Assembly: GCA_964525595.1 (NCBI GenBank)
Contig: CAZGHF010000001.1
Coordinates: forward strand, 29,509-93,508
DNA from: an uncultured Candidatus Saccharibacteria bacterium
Lineage (GTDB): Bacteria > Patescibacteriota > Minisyncoccia > UBA6257 > GWB1-50-10
DNA: 64,000 nt
Reading direction: 5' to 3'
Made by a program: the position numbers and the translations under genes. This document shows positions 46,673 to 56,530 of the stretch, one piece after another (position 1 is the stretch's first letter; each line of letters opens with the position of its first letter). The notes under the pieces are model-generated. The model saw only the letters and a program-made list of their open reading frames with translations, did not search any database and had not been told where the DNA came from.

Positions 46673-47852
46673 AAATTTTGAAGAAACGGTGCTTGCCGAT
46701 TTTTAGAACTTCGCCACCGCGGAAAGTTATTGTCTCTTTTGGATTCTTTTTCGTTTCCTCGTTTATTTTTACGCCGCTCTGGAGAACGAGTCGTCGCGCT
46801 TCGTTTCTTGATTGCACTCCGGCTTTAATCAGTAATTCCAAAATTCCCGATTTTTTGTTCTTTATCTTCAAAAGAGGTATTTTTTTCGGCAACTCCTTTT
46901 TTGAGAAAACTCTAATAAATTCTTCTTTTGCTTTCTCCGCCTCCTTTTCGCTATAGCAGAGCCTAACCACCCAAAAGGCGACTTTCAGTTTAGCGTTTCT
47001 TGGCTTCATGTTTTTGAGTTTTTTTACTTCACTCAAAGGCATTTCAGTTGAGAGTTCAGCAACCGGAATTGTGGCTTCGTCCGGTAGAGCCATTGTTTTT
47101 CCAAACAAATCTTTGGGTTTATCGTCCAAATTAATTAAACCGCCCTCGCTTTTTGTCATAAGTTTTTTGCCGGTTTTCGGATTTTCCAAGAGCTTAGTGG
47201 TAAGCACCAACTTTTCCTTGTTTTTTAATGTTTTCATCAAGTCGCGGCCGACAAGCATATTGAATGTTTGGTCCCGGCCGCCGATTTCCATATCTACGTC
47301 CATTGCCACGGAGTCGTAACCCTGCATCAGAGGATACAGGAATTCATGAAGGCCGATTACTTTGTTTTCTTTGAGGCGTTTTTGGAACATATCTCTTTTA
47401 ATCAACTGCCCGACGGTTAAGAGCTGAGCTAATTTTATAAGATCTTCAAATTTCATTTTGGAGTGCCAGCTGGAATTAAATTTTAAAACCGCTTTATTGG
47501 GGCCGGTAAAATTTATAATCTTTGATGCCTGACTCTTGAAAGTTTTCAGGTTTTTCCTGATTTCTTTTTCAGTTAGCGGAATTCTTGCTGCTGTCCGGTC
47601 GGAGGGGTCGCCGATTCGGCCGGTAAAGTCCCCAATCAGGAAAATTATCTGATGGCCAAGTTTTTGAAGTCGTTTCAGGATTAGGAGGCTTACGGCGTGT
47701 CCTAAATGGAGATGGGGTCCGGTTGGATCAACGCCAAGGTAGATTTTGATTTTTCGGCTGCCCGAGAGGACTTTCTCAAGCGCTTGTTTGGAGGGGTAAA
47801 TTTTATCTACTGCCCTTTCCAGAACTTCCCTTATTAATTCTTTCTTGTTCAT
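46665..47852 (-). CDS. tyrS: tyrosine--tRNA ligase
   Basis: GVDPTG..LHLGH, YPLMQGYDS, GG.DQ.FN, C-terminal S4 domain. Confidence 0.96.
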   Translation of the reverse strand: MNKKELIREVLERAVDKIYPSKQALEKVLSGSRKIKIYLGVDPTGPHLHLGHAVSLLILKRLQKLGHQIIFLIGDFTGRIGDPSDRTAARIPLTEKEIRKNLKTFKSQASKIINFTGPNKAVLKFNSSWHSKMKFEDLIKLAQLLTVGQLIKRDMFQKRLKENKVIGLHEFLYPLMQGYDSVAMDVDMEIGGRDQTFNMLVGRDLMKTLKNKEKLVLTTKLLENPKTGKKLMTKSEGGLINLDDKPKDLFGKTMALPDEATIPVAELSTEMPLSEVKKLKNMKPRNAKLKVAFWVVRLCYSEKEAEKAKEEFIRVFSKKELPKKIPLLKIKNKKSGILELLIKAGVQSRNEARRLVLQSGVKINEETKKNPKETITFRGGEVLKIGKHRFFKIST

Positions 47853-47873
47853 TATTCTTAATATAATACCACG

Positions 47874-47896
47874 AAACCCCGGCGGTGCCGGGGTTT
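47874..47896. terminator. stem-loop downstream of clpP
   Basis: AAACCCCGGC-ggt-GCCGGGGTTT. Confidence 0.6.
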
Positions 47897-47924
47897 ATAA
47901 GTTATAAAGGTTTCTTTTTATTTT

Positions 47925-48506
47925 TTAGTTTTTTTTGACAATCTCGTCGATTATCCCGTAGCTTTTTGCTTCTTTAGGGTCAAGCCAAAAGTCGCGGTCA
48001 ACGTCCTTTTCAATGCGGGATAGCGGCTGACCGGTGTGCTTGGCGAGGATGTGATTTAATCTATCCTTGATTTTAATGATGTGTTTGGCGGTTATCTCAA
48101 TCTCCGAAGCCTGACCTTCGGCTCCGCCCATTACCTGGTGAAGAAGAATTTCGGAGTTCGGCAGGGCGAACCTTTTCCCTTTTTTGCCGGCGGCAAGGAG
48201 GACAGCGCCCATTGAGGCGGCAAGCCCAACGCAGATTGTTGAAACCGGGGACTTGACGTGCTGTATTGTATCATAAACTGCCATGCCGGCCGTTACCGAA
48301 CCGCCAGGCGTGTTGATGTAAAGTTTGATGTCTTTTTTGGAATCCTGGTTGTCCAAAAACAGAAACTGAGCGATTACCGTGTTTGCTACGGCGTCGTGTA
48401 TCGGGCCGCCCAAAAAAATAATCCGCTCTTTTAAAAGGCGGGAATAAATATCGTAAGCCCGCTCGCCGTAGCTTGATTTTTCAATAACTGTTGGGATTAG
48501 GTTCAT
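47925..48506 (-). CDS. clpP: ATP-dependent Clp protease proteolytic subunit
   Basis: [28 protein letters not shown]. Confidence 0.97.
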   Translation of the reverse strand: MNLIPTVIEKSSYGERAYDIYSRLLKERIIFLGGPIHDAVANTVIAQFLFLDNQDSKKDIKLYINTPGGSVTAGMAVYDTIQHVKSPVSTICVGLAASMGAVLLAAGKKGKRFALPNSEILLHQVMGGAEGQASEIEITAKHIIKIKDRLNHILAKHTGQPLSRIEKDVDRDFWLDPKEAKSYGIIDEIVKKN

Positions 48507-48552
48507 CGCTTCCATATTAGTCCATAGTCTTGGTTGCGTCAAACCCCGTATT

Positions 48553-49263
48553 TCAGGTTTTTACCATGACAAAACCGATTATTTTTCTTGCTCCAGATTT
48601 TTTTAAGACCCTCACAGCCTCTTTCATCGTCGCGCCGGAAGTGAAGACGTCGTCAACGAGAATTATATTTCTTCCGGCAATAAGCGCCGGATTTTTTATT
48701 CCAAAACAACCTGCCACGTTTTTTTCTCTCTCTTTATAGTTCTTGGTTTTTATCTGCGGATTTGTTTTCTTTGTTCTTATAAGATTGTCTTCGTGGATTT
48801 TAATTTTTAGCTCATCGCTTACGATTCTTGCGATTAGCGCTGCCTGATTGAAACCGCGCTCCCTCTCTTTTTTGGCGTGGAGAGGGACGGGGATGATAAT
48901 AAAAATAGAATTTTGAATTTCTTTTGTTTTGATTACCTTTTTAAGGTAACTTTTCACGATTTTGGAGAGCGGTTCGAGAGCCGTTCTGATTCTCTGGTAT
49001 TTTAAGGCGTGAACCAGTTCTTTTACCACCGGGATTCTGCAGAAAGAAGAGGCGGGAAGAAAAAACATGATAGCTTAATCGCAGTTATACGCGATTTTAG
49101 TATGGAGACAGCTCTATGGAGGACAGACAAAACCGCTTCTTATTTCGATTAAAGCTTCGCAACTGCTGCAAAGTGCACCACTCGCGATTCGCCTTCGGCA
49201 ACCGACGCAGAGTGGCGGGAAGAGAACCAAAAACAATTGTTTTAGAAAAGAATGATAGTTCAT
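48553..49263 (-). pseudogene. comF: ComF family protein interrupted by two in-frame stops
   Basis: N-terminal LFPP.C..C...LC..C from ATG 49263; TAG 49114-49116 and TAA 49075-49077 in the same frame; C-terminal RGFNQA, LVDDVFTSGAT. Confidence 0.75.
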
Positions 49264-49300
49264 TATCTTATTCTATTCCTCGTGCTAGAATATAGAAACA

Positions 49301-50395
49301 ATGAACTTGGATTTCTTTGGTTTTTTTAAAGATATCGCCAATTTTTTGAAGGCAGGTTCGGTTTTAGGGGTTGATATCGGCACTACCTCCATAAAGATGG
49401 CGGAAGTGTCGAGAAAAGGCGCCAATTTCAAGCTTGTAAATTACGGGGTACTGGAGACGAAAAAATATATCGAGCATCCGAATCAGGCCATCCAGACCGG
49501 CTCTTTGGAAATAGTTGAAAAAGAAGCAGTAAACCTCCTCAACGTTCTTTTGAATGAAGTAAAGCCGAAGAGTAAAACCGTCCTCGTTTCAATTCCGGTC
49601 TTTTCGTCCTTTATCGTTCCTCTTGACATGCCGCTTCTTTCAGCTCAGGAAACCGAAAAATCTGTGAGTTTTCAAGCTAAGAAATACATTCCCTTGCCAC
49701 AGAGCGCCGTTTCCCACGACTGGATTAAGGTTGATGAATTTGAAAATAACAAGGGGGTGAAATTCCAGAGACTGCTATTAATAGGTATTCCTTCAAGTGT
49801 AATTAAGAAATACAAAGGAATCTTCAAAACTGTTGGCTTGCGTCTCGTTACTCTTGAACTTGAAACGCTTGCTCTTGCCCGCGCTCTCGGAAATTTCAGC
49901 GAACCAACTCTTGTTGTTGATATCGGAGGCGAATCTACGAGCATCAATGTCATTGAGGGGAGTCTTGTCAAGCATTCATCTGTGAGCGATTATGGCGGTA
50001 TTCATCTTACGCAGGCCTTGTCGCGAGGTTTAGGCTTAAGCGTCTTAAGGGCTGAAGAACTGAAACGCCGAAGAGGTCTTATGGGGAAAGAAGGAGAAAG
50101 CGAGTTATCAACATTAATTCTGCCGTTTTTAGATGTTATAATACAAGAAACGAGATATGCACGGGATTCTTACGAGCGCCGTTACGGTAAGAAGGTGGAA
50201 AAATTAATGCTTGTTGGCGGCGGTGCAAACCTTTTAGGTATTAACAAATATTTTGGCAGTCAGATGAATTTACCAACTATTGAACCGGCGACTTTGAATG
50301 GTTTTGAATATAATCCTGATTTGGAGCTTGTCACCAGATACCTTAAAAATGAATTACCGGTCGCAATAGGTCTCGCCAAAAGATATTTTATTTAG
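49301..50395 (+). CDS. pilM: type IV pilus assembly protein PilM
   Basis: GVDIGTTSIK, VVDIGG, LVGGGANL (actin-like fold). Confidence 0.92.
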   Translation: MNLDFFGFFKDIANFLKAGSVLGVDIGTTSIKMAEVSRKGANFKLVNYGVLETKKYIEHPNQAIQTGSLEIVEKEAVNLLNVLLNEVKPKSKTVLVSIPVFSSFIVPLDMPLLSAQETEKSVSFQAKKYIPLPQSAVSHDWIKVDEFENNKGVKFQRLLLIGIPSSVIKKYKGIFKTVGLRLVTLELETLALARALGNFSEPTLVVDIGGESTSINVIEGSLVKHSSVSDYGGIHLTQALSRGLGLSVLRAEELKRRRGLMGKEGESELSTLILPFLDVIIQETRYARDSYERRYGKKVEKLMLVGGGANLLGINKYFGSQMNLPTIEPATLNGFEYNPDLELVTRYLKNELPVAIGLAKRYFI

Positions 50396-50398
50396 AAG

Positions 50399-50962
50399 AT
50401 GCCCGACATACATTCCCAGCCAAATTTAAGCAACCAATTTGCCTCTGATACAATCCAGATAGGTTTTCCATGGCGGCTTTTCATTTTTTCCTCCGCTCTT
50501 TTCCTCTTTTCCCTTTTTGTTTTCTTTGGTCTCAGGTTTGGCTACATCGCCTACATTGATGGGAGGGCCGAGGATCTCGACCGAAAAATCGAAGACTTAG
50601 CCCAGCAGGTAACCCGGGAAGACCAGCAAAGCTTTATTGGTTTTTATTCTCAACTTGTGAATCTTGAGAAAGTTTTAGGTCGTCATGGATTTTCGGCAAA
50701 CGTCTTCACTTTCATCGAACGAAACACACTTGGCGAGGTTTATTATAAAGAAGCTGAGTTTTCTGCCCCGGACAAAAGTATTGATCTGAGCGGCGTCACC
50801 ACTTCAAATGGAACGCTGGTTAACCAACTTTCTTTACTCGATAATCGGGAAGAAGTAAACCGCGTGATTCTTAACCGGATGAATGCTGAAGAAGCCGGCG
50901 GTGTTGCTTTTAACATCACCATCTTTTTTGAAGGAGATTTTTTTCAAAAACCCACACTATAA
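50399..50962 (+). CDS. PilN-like protein
   Basis: TM helix plus coiled coil; position between pilM and pilO. Confidence 0.7.
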   Translation: MPDIHSQPNLSNQFASDTIQIGFPWRLFIFSSALFLFSLFVFFGLRFGYIAYIDGRAEDLDRKIEDLAQQVTREDQQSFIGFYSQLVNLEKVLGRHGFSANVFTFIERNTLGEVYYKEAEFSAPDKSIDLSGVTTSNGTLVNQLSLLDNREEVNRVILNRMNAEEAGGVAFNITIFFEGDFFQKPTL

Positions 50963-50978
50963 GACCATAAGATAAGAC

Positions 50979-51539
50979 ATGAAAACCTCAACTAAGAGAA
51001 TTTTAAGCATAGCCTTAGCCGCCCTCCTTTTTGTGGGTATTCTCGTTGTTTATGCAAGTCTTATAAAACCAGAGCTTGCTAAAATAGACGAGAAAAGAGC
51101 GCTTGTGGTTTCCAAGGAAAGTCTTTTTGCAAGCGAGAGCAGTGCTGTGAACCAAGTACAGGATTTAATCGGTCAGTTCCAAAGCATTGTTGCTCTTCAG
51201 GAAACGGTTTCTCTCGCTCTGCCGCAGGAGGAAAACGTGACTGGCATCTTGAATCAGATTCAATCGATTGCCAGTTTATCAAACGTTTCGCTCAATTCTT
51301 TTTCAGTAAGACCGCTTGCTTTTAAGCCGACGAAACAACCGCTGGTAAGGCGTCTTGGTTCTCTTGAAATTGTCTTTGCGGTGACAGGGGGTTACGAAAA
51401 CCTAAAACAGTTTTTAAAATCTCTTGAAACCAATGTCAGGATTTCCAATATAACGAGTTTCCGGTTTTTCCCGATGGTCAACCCTTTAATTAGTGGCTAT
51501 AGCCTTAACTTAACGGTCGAAACATTTTATCAGGAATAA
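50979..51539 (+). CDS. pilO: type IV pilus assembly protein PilO
   Basis: TM helix, coiled coil, G.Y..LK.FL..LE...R. Confidence 0.8.
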   Translation: MKTSTKRILSIALAALLFVGILVVYASLIKPELAKIDEKRALVVSKESLFASESSAVNQVQDLIGQFQSIVALQETVSLALPQEENVTGILNQIQSIASLSNVSLNSFSVRPLAFKPTKQPLVRRLGSLEIVFAVTGGYENLKQFLKSLETNVRISNITSFRFFPMVNPLISGYSLNLTVETFYQE

Positions 51540-51541
51540 CC

Positions 51542-51832
51542 ATGGCAATAGTAGTTGAAGAACAAAAAAAATCGGTTAATTGGGTAACAATTCTTACAAT
51601 GCTAGTTGTCATCGCCGTTGTTTTTGCCGGCGCTTACTTGCTTTTTTTCAAAAAACCGGAACTTATAGAGATTGTTACGCCGGGAGGGCTGGAAGGCGTA
51701 AGCGAGATTTCCAAAATTTCTTTTGATCCAGAAAGCGTTTTGAGTGCACCAACCTTCAAGCTTCTGCGCCAGTATGGGACGGCTCCCACGCCGTCTACCC
51801 CGGGACGGGACAATCCTTTTGAGCCATTTTAA
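51542..51832 (+). CDS. small membrane protein, PilP-like position
   Basis: TM helix and C-terminal GRDNPF motif. Confidence 0.6.
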   Translation: MAIVVEEQKKSVNWVTILTMLVVIAVVFAGAYLLFFKKPELIEIVTPGGLEGVSEISKISFDPESVLSAPTFKLLRQYGTAPTPSTPGRDNPFEPF

Positions 51833-51954
51833 GGGCTTTGTATAGATTTCTTTAAAACCTTGACCAAGCACTCAATGTTTTGAGTGCTTGGTGCTCAAAT
51901 TTATGGTAAAATCTAGGTTAGGATAGGAATTTAAGAATTTTAATAAATTTAAAC

Positions 51955-53685
51955 ATGACTGACCAAGAGCTATTTAAAGAACTCGTTAAAAGAAATATTT
52001 TAGAAGCGGCTCTGGCCGAGAAAACTCTGAAAGACGCGGGTTTTACAAATCGGTCAGCTGAAGAGCTTCTCTACGAGCGCCGTTTAGCCGACGAGACGGC
52101 TGTCGCAAAAGTCAAAAGCGAACTCTTGAAGGTGCCTTATAAGAAAATTGACCCCGTCTCTATAAGTGAAGAAATTTTGAAGATTATTCCTTACGAAACT
52201 TCGAAAACTTACCGGGTTGTGCCGCTTGAAAAACAGAAGGACATGCTTGTTGTCGGAATGCTCCGACCGGAACCCCAAGTTGAAGAAGCTCTCCGTTTCA
52301 TTGCCAAGCGCGAACATCTGTCCTTAGGCGTTTTTATAATCACCCCCTCGGATCTTGCCGCCGTTTGGCGCCGCTACACTCCTTACCGCAGTGAGATTGA
52401 ATCTGCCGTAAGGGAATTAGGTGGAGGAAAAGAAGACAAGGACAATAAGCTGATTTCTCTTGAAGAGGGGGCGAGAACTGTGGAGGAAGGGCCAATTATA
52501 AAAATCGTGGCTTCAACTCTAAGAAGAGCGGTTGAAGTCGGCGCTTCCGATGTTCACTTTGAGCCTCAACGCTCCCGGTTTCGGGTGAGGTTCAGGATTG
52601 ACGGAAAACTTGAAGAAGTTGCCTCATTGCCGACATCTTTGAGTCAACCCATTATATCAAGAGTAAAAGTTCTCTCGCGTTTACGGTTGGATGAAACACG
52701 GATTCCTCAAGACGGTCGTTTTAGAACGGTCGTTTCCGGCCGCGATATTGACTATCGTGTTTCAACTTTCCCGACACCCTCCGGCGAAAAGGCGGCCATT
52801 CGTATTCTTGACCCGAGTACCGGTCTTCGCGGCTTGAAAGAAATCGGTCTTTCCGACTACAATTTCAGGATTTTGGACGAGACAACAAGTGGTCCTTTCG
52901 GTATGATTTTGATTTCCGGCCCCACCGGTTCAGGAAAGACCACCACGCTTTACGCGATGATGCAGAAAATAAATTCCAGCGATGTGAATGTTATGAGTCT
53001 GGAAGATCCGGTAGAGTATTTTATGGACGGGATAAACCAATCGCAGGTAAAGCCTGAGATTGGTTACACTTTTGCTTCGGGTTTGAGGCAGATTCTTCGG
53101 CAGGACCCTGACATAATTATGGTTGGCGAGATTCGTGACTCAGAAACCGCTGGTCTTGCCATAAACTCTGCTCTCACCGGTCACATGGTTCTTTCAACTC
53201 TTCACACCAATAGTGCTGTTGGTGTTATTCCCCGACTGGTTGATTTGGGTGTGCCGGGATTTCTTCTTTCTTCCGCTCTGCGGTTGATGATAGCCCAACG
53301 GCTTGTCTCCCGTCTTTGTCCAAAATGTAAAGAAAAAACAGAGGCGTCTAAGGAAGCGGCGGACATAATTACGGAGAACTTGAATAACCTCCCGCCTAAT
53401 TTTAAGAGAGATCCAAAATTTAAACCGCCCTACCAAGTTTATCACCCCGGTTCTAAAGGTGCCTGTGAGGCTTGCAAAGGAAAAGGTTTTTCAGGTCGGG
53501 TGGCAATTTTTGAAATTTTCAGAATGACCCGGGAGCTTGGAAATCTCATTAGTTCGGGGTTTACCGAAGGAAGACTTCAAGATGAAGCGAAGCGTCAGGG
53601 AATGGTAACATTAAGGCAGGACGGGATAATAAAAGCTTTGGAAGGTAAAGTTTTATTGGAGGAGGTATTGCGTGAAACCGAGTAA
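51955..53685 (+). CDS. pilB: type IV pilus extension ATPase (PilB/GspE)
   Basis: ASDVHFEP, PQDGR, GPTGSGKTTTL, LRQDPD, Cys zinc motif. Confidence 0.93.
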   Translation: MTDQELFKELVKRNILEAALAEKTLKDAGFTNRSAEELLYERRLADETAVAKVKSELLKVPYKKIDPVSISEEILKIIPYETSKTYRVVPLEKQKDMLVVGMLRPEPQVEEALRFIAKREHLSLGVFIITPSDLAAVWRRYTPYRSEIESAVRELGGGKEDKDNKLISLEEGARTVEEGPIIKIVASTLRRAVEVGASDVHFEPQRSRFRVRFRIDGKLEEVASLPTSLSQPIISRVKVLSRLRLDETRIPQDGRFRTVVSGRDIDYRVSTFPTPSGEKAAIRILDPSTGLRGLKEIGLSDYNFRILDETTSGPFGMILISGPTGSGKTTTLYAMMQKINSSDVNVMSLEDPVEYFMDGINQSQVKPEIGYTFASGLRQILRQDPDIIMVGEIRDSETAGLAINSALTGHMVLSTLHTNSAVGVIPRLVDLGVPGFLLSSALRLMIAQRLVSRLCPKCKEKTEASKEAADIITENLNNLPPNFKRDPKFKPPYQVYHPGSKGACEACKGKGFSGRVAIFEIFRMTRELGNLISSGFTEGRLQDEAKRQGMVTLRQDGIIKALEGKVLLEEVLRETE

Positions 53686-53702
53686 ACCTTAAAATACAAT
53701 AT

Positions 53703-54773
53703 ATGGATTACAAACAAAAATTAAATGAACTGCTTCTTATAACAGCTAAGCAGAATGCTTCTGATCTTCATGTTGCAGTGGGTAGGCGACCGACTATTCG
53801 AGTTGACAGCGTTTTAATTCCTATTACTAAGGAGTCGATTCTCACAAAAGCTGATGCCGAGGGGCTTGTTCTTGCACTCCTTACCGATGAACAGAAGAAA
53901 GAATTTTTTGTAAAGAAACAACTCGACTTTTCTTACAGCTTGGAAGACAAAGCGAGGTTCAGAGTAAATGTTTATCTCCAGCGAGGTTTTATGGCTGCGG
54001 CCATGCGGCTTATTCCCGCAGGAATCAGAACCTTGGAAGAGTTGGGTTTACCGCCTCTCCTTCACGATTTTACCAAACTCAACCAAGGCTTCATTCTTAT
54101 TGTGGGACCGGCTGGTCATGGCAAGTCAACGACACTTGCTGCTCTTCTTGACGAGATAAACCACAAACGGACTGACCATATCATTACAATTGAAGACCCA
54201 ATTGAATATTTGTTCTCGCAAGACAGATGTATTATTTCCCAAAGAGAAGTCGGCATGGATACTCTTTCTTTTCACGACGCTCTTCGATCAATTCTTCGGC
54301 AGGACCCGGACGTTATTATGATTGGTGAAGTCCGAGATCCGGAAACAATGGCTACCGCAATGACAGCTGCTGAAACAGGTCACTTAGTTTTCTCAACCAT
54401 GCATACAAATTCAGCATCGCAAACCATTGACCGAATAATTGATTCTTTCCCGCCGAGTCAGCAGGGTCAGGTTATTTCTCAGCTTGCCTCGACGCTTGTT
54501 GCGGTAATCTCCGAACGTTTGATTCCGAGGCTTGGCGGCAGCCGGATTCCCGCAATGGAAATAATGATTGCCAACCCGGCTATCAGAAACCTCATTCGTG
54601 AGAAGAAAATTTATCAGATTGATTTAGTGATTGAAACAAGCGTTCAGGAGGGCATGATGTCTCTTAACCGTTCGTTGGTTAATCTGGTGAAAAAGAAAGA
54701 AATCTCCCTTGAACAAGCCAGAGCTTATTCTTTGAATCCAGGAGAGTTAACGATACTCCTTGAGAGGTCATAA
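53703..54773 (+). CDS. pilT: type IV pilus retraction ATPase
   Basis: ASDLH, GHGKST, TIEDPIE, LRQDPD, AIRNLIRE. Confidence 0.95.
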   Translation: MDYKQKLNELLLITAKQNASDLHVAVGRRPTIRVDSVLIPITKESILTKADAEGLVLALLTDEQKKEFFVKKQLDFSYSLEDKARFRVNVYLQRGFMAAAMRLIPAGIRTLEELGLPPLLHDFTKLNQGFILIVGPAGHGKSTTLAALLDEINHKRTDHIITIEDPIEYLFSQDRCIISQREVGMDTLSFHDALRSILRQDPDVIMIGEVRDPETMATAMTAAETGHLVFSTMHTNSASQTIDRIIDSFPPSQQGQVISQLASTLVAVISERLIPRLGGSRIPAMEIMIANPAIRNLIREKKIYQIDLVIETSVQEGMMSLNRSLVNLVKKKEISLEQARAYSLNPGELTILLERS

Positions 54774-54811
54774 GGGTTAGGTAGAGATTTAAGAATTTTA
54801 ATAAACTTGGC

Positions 54812-56017
54812 ATGAAATTTTCGTACAAAGCAAGAACTAAAGAAGGTGAATTTCAGGTTGGCAACGTTGAAGCCGGCAGCCGGGAGGCGGCGGCAAACGT
54901 TCTTTTAGGGCATGGCCTTTTCGTGCTTACGCTTGAGTCGGTTAGGGAATCGCGTTGGTACAATCGGATTCTCGAATTCTTTAAGAGGGCGAAAACTACC
55001 GACATCATGATTTTCACTCGGCAGTTTGCGACAATGCTTGCTTCTCAAGTGCCTTTATCCGACAGTTTGGCAAACCTTTATCGTCAGACAACGCATCCGG
55101 TTCTTAAAGAAGCAATAACAGAGGTAGCGGGCGACGTTGATGCCGGCTTTTCTCTTTCCCAGGCTCTTGAGCGGCACTCCGGCATTTTTTCGGAATTCTA
55201 CGTTAACATGGTAAAGTCTGCAGAGGTGACCGGTCGCCTCTCCGAAGTATTGGGTTTTCTTGCCGACTATCTTGAAAAGCAGGCTACTTTGGTGGCTAAG
55301 GTAAAAAATGCTCTTATTTATCCAGCTCTTGTAATCGCTCTCTTTTTTGTGGTCGTGATTATAATGGTTTCTTTCGTTTTACCCCAGATTGCGCCGATTT
55401 TCGAGGAAGCGGACATCGAGTTGCCGGTATTTACCCAAGTGCTCTTATCCGGCGGTGAGTTCTTTTCCCAATGGTGGTGGATAATTGGAATACTTTTCAT
55501 TCTATTTGTTCTTGTAATTATAGATTATTTTCAAACCAAAGAGGGCAAGGTTGTTCTTGACGAAATTTCTCTTCGCCTTCCCGTGGTTGGTCCGCTTTTT
55601 CAAAAGCTCTACATCGCCCGCTTTGCGGAATCGACTCGAGTGCTCATTAAGGGCGGCCTTACCATACCCCAATCAATTGAAATATCTTCCCACACTATCG
55701 GTAACGCCGTTTATCGTGACCGGCTTCACGAAGCTTCAACGCGGATAAGAAAAGGGGAACTTCTCTCGAAAGCATTAGAGGCAATGCCTGAATTCCCACC
55801 GCTTGTTTCCCAACTTATCGCAGTCGGTGAGCAAACTGGCCGATTAGAGCAACTTTTGGAAAAAATCACCGATTTTTATACCCGGGAAGTTGATGATATC
55901 GTAAACAATTTGGTTACTTTGATTCAGCCCTCCTTGATGGTTGTAATAGGTATTATGGTGGCAATTCTTTTTGCTTCAATTCTTCTTCCGATTTACAGTT
56001 TAAGCCAGGTATTTTAA
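54812..56017 (+). CDS. pilC: type IV pilus platform protein (PilC/GspF)
   Basis: FTRQFATM, E.TG.L, ALIYP, GEQTG.L. Confidence 0.93.
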   Translation: MKFSYKARTKEGEFQVGNVEAGSREAAANVLLGHGLFVLTLESVRESRWYNRILEFFKRAKTTDIMIFTRQFATMLASQVPLSDSLANLYRQTTHPVLKEAITEVAGDVDAGFSLSQALERHSGIFSEFYVNMVKSAEVTGRLSEVLGFLADYLEKQATLVAKVKNALIYPALVIALFFVVVIIMVSFVLPQIAPIFEEADIELPVFTQVLLSGGEFFSQWWWIIGILFILFVLVIIDYFQTKEGKVVLDEISLRLPVVGPLFQKLYIARFAESTRVLIKGGLTIPQSIEISSHTIGNAVYRDRLHEASTRIRKGELLSKALEAMPEFPPLVSQLIAVGEQTGRLEQLLEKITDFYTREVDDIVNNLVTLIQPSLMVVIGIMVAILFASILLPIYSLSQVF

Positions 56018-56077
56018 TGTGATATACTTTTATTGAAGGTTAAAAAAGGTCGAAGGAAATAGCTTAAAAATTAAAAG

Positions 56078-56485
56078 TTGAAAAATAAAATCGTTAAAGA
56101 AGAGGGTTTCACGTTAGTTGAAATGCTCGTTGTGATAGCGATAGTTGGAATCTTGTCGGCGGCAGTGCTTGCTTCTTTGGGACCGGCCAGAAACAGGGCA
56201 AAGGATACAAGAATTATCTCGGGGCTTAATCAGCTGCGTGTCCTTGCCGAAGTTCTCTACGACGGTGACTATACCGCCGTAGTAGTAGGTCAGACAGACA
56301 TCGCTAAAGTTGTAACTGACGTTGCAAATAATCAGGGTACGCTGACTATTTCTCTCTCGACAGGTGATCTAACCTACGCAGCTGAATCACCGCTCGCAAG
56401 CAGTGGTTTTTACTGCGTTGACAGTGCCGGTACGGCCGATACTTATGCTTCCAACCCGGATACTTCAGCTGGTTTGTGTCCGTAG
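56078..56485 (+). CDS. type IV pilin (probable major pilin)
   Basis: GFTLVEMLVVIAIVGIL; C-terminal YCVDS...C. Confidence 0.92.
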   Translation: MKNKIVKEEGFTLVEMLVVIAIVGILSAAVLASLGPARNRAKDTRIISGLNQLRVLAEVLYDGDYTAVVVGQTDIAKVVTDVANNQGTLTISLSTGDLTYAAESPLASSGFYCVDSAGTADTYASNPDTSAGLCP

Positions 56486-56530
56486 GGGTTTTATTAATAA
56501 GGGAAAAAAATAGTGTGACCTGATAACTGT

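Noticed and set aside
49069-49116. Stop-codon reassignment explaining the comF stops
   Set aside because: The stops are TAG and TAA, both used as normal terminators throughout the window, and TGA also ends genes here.
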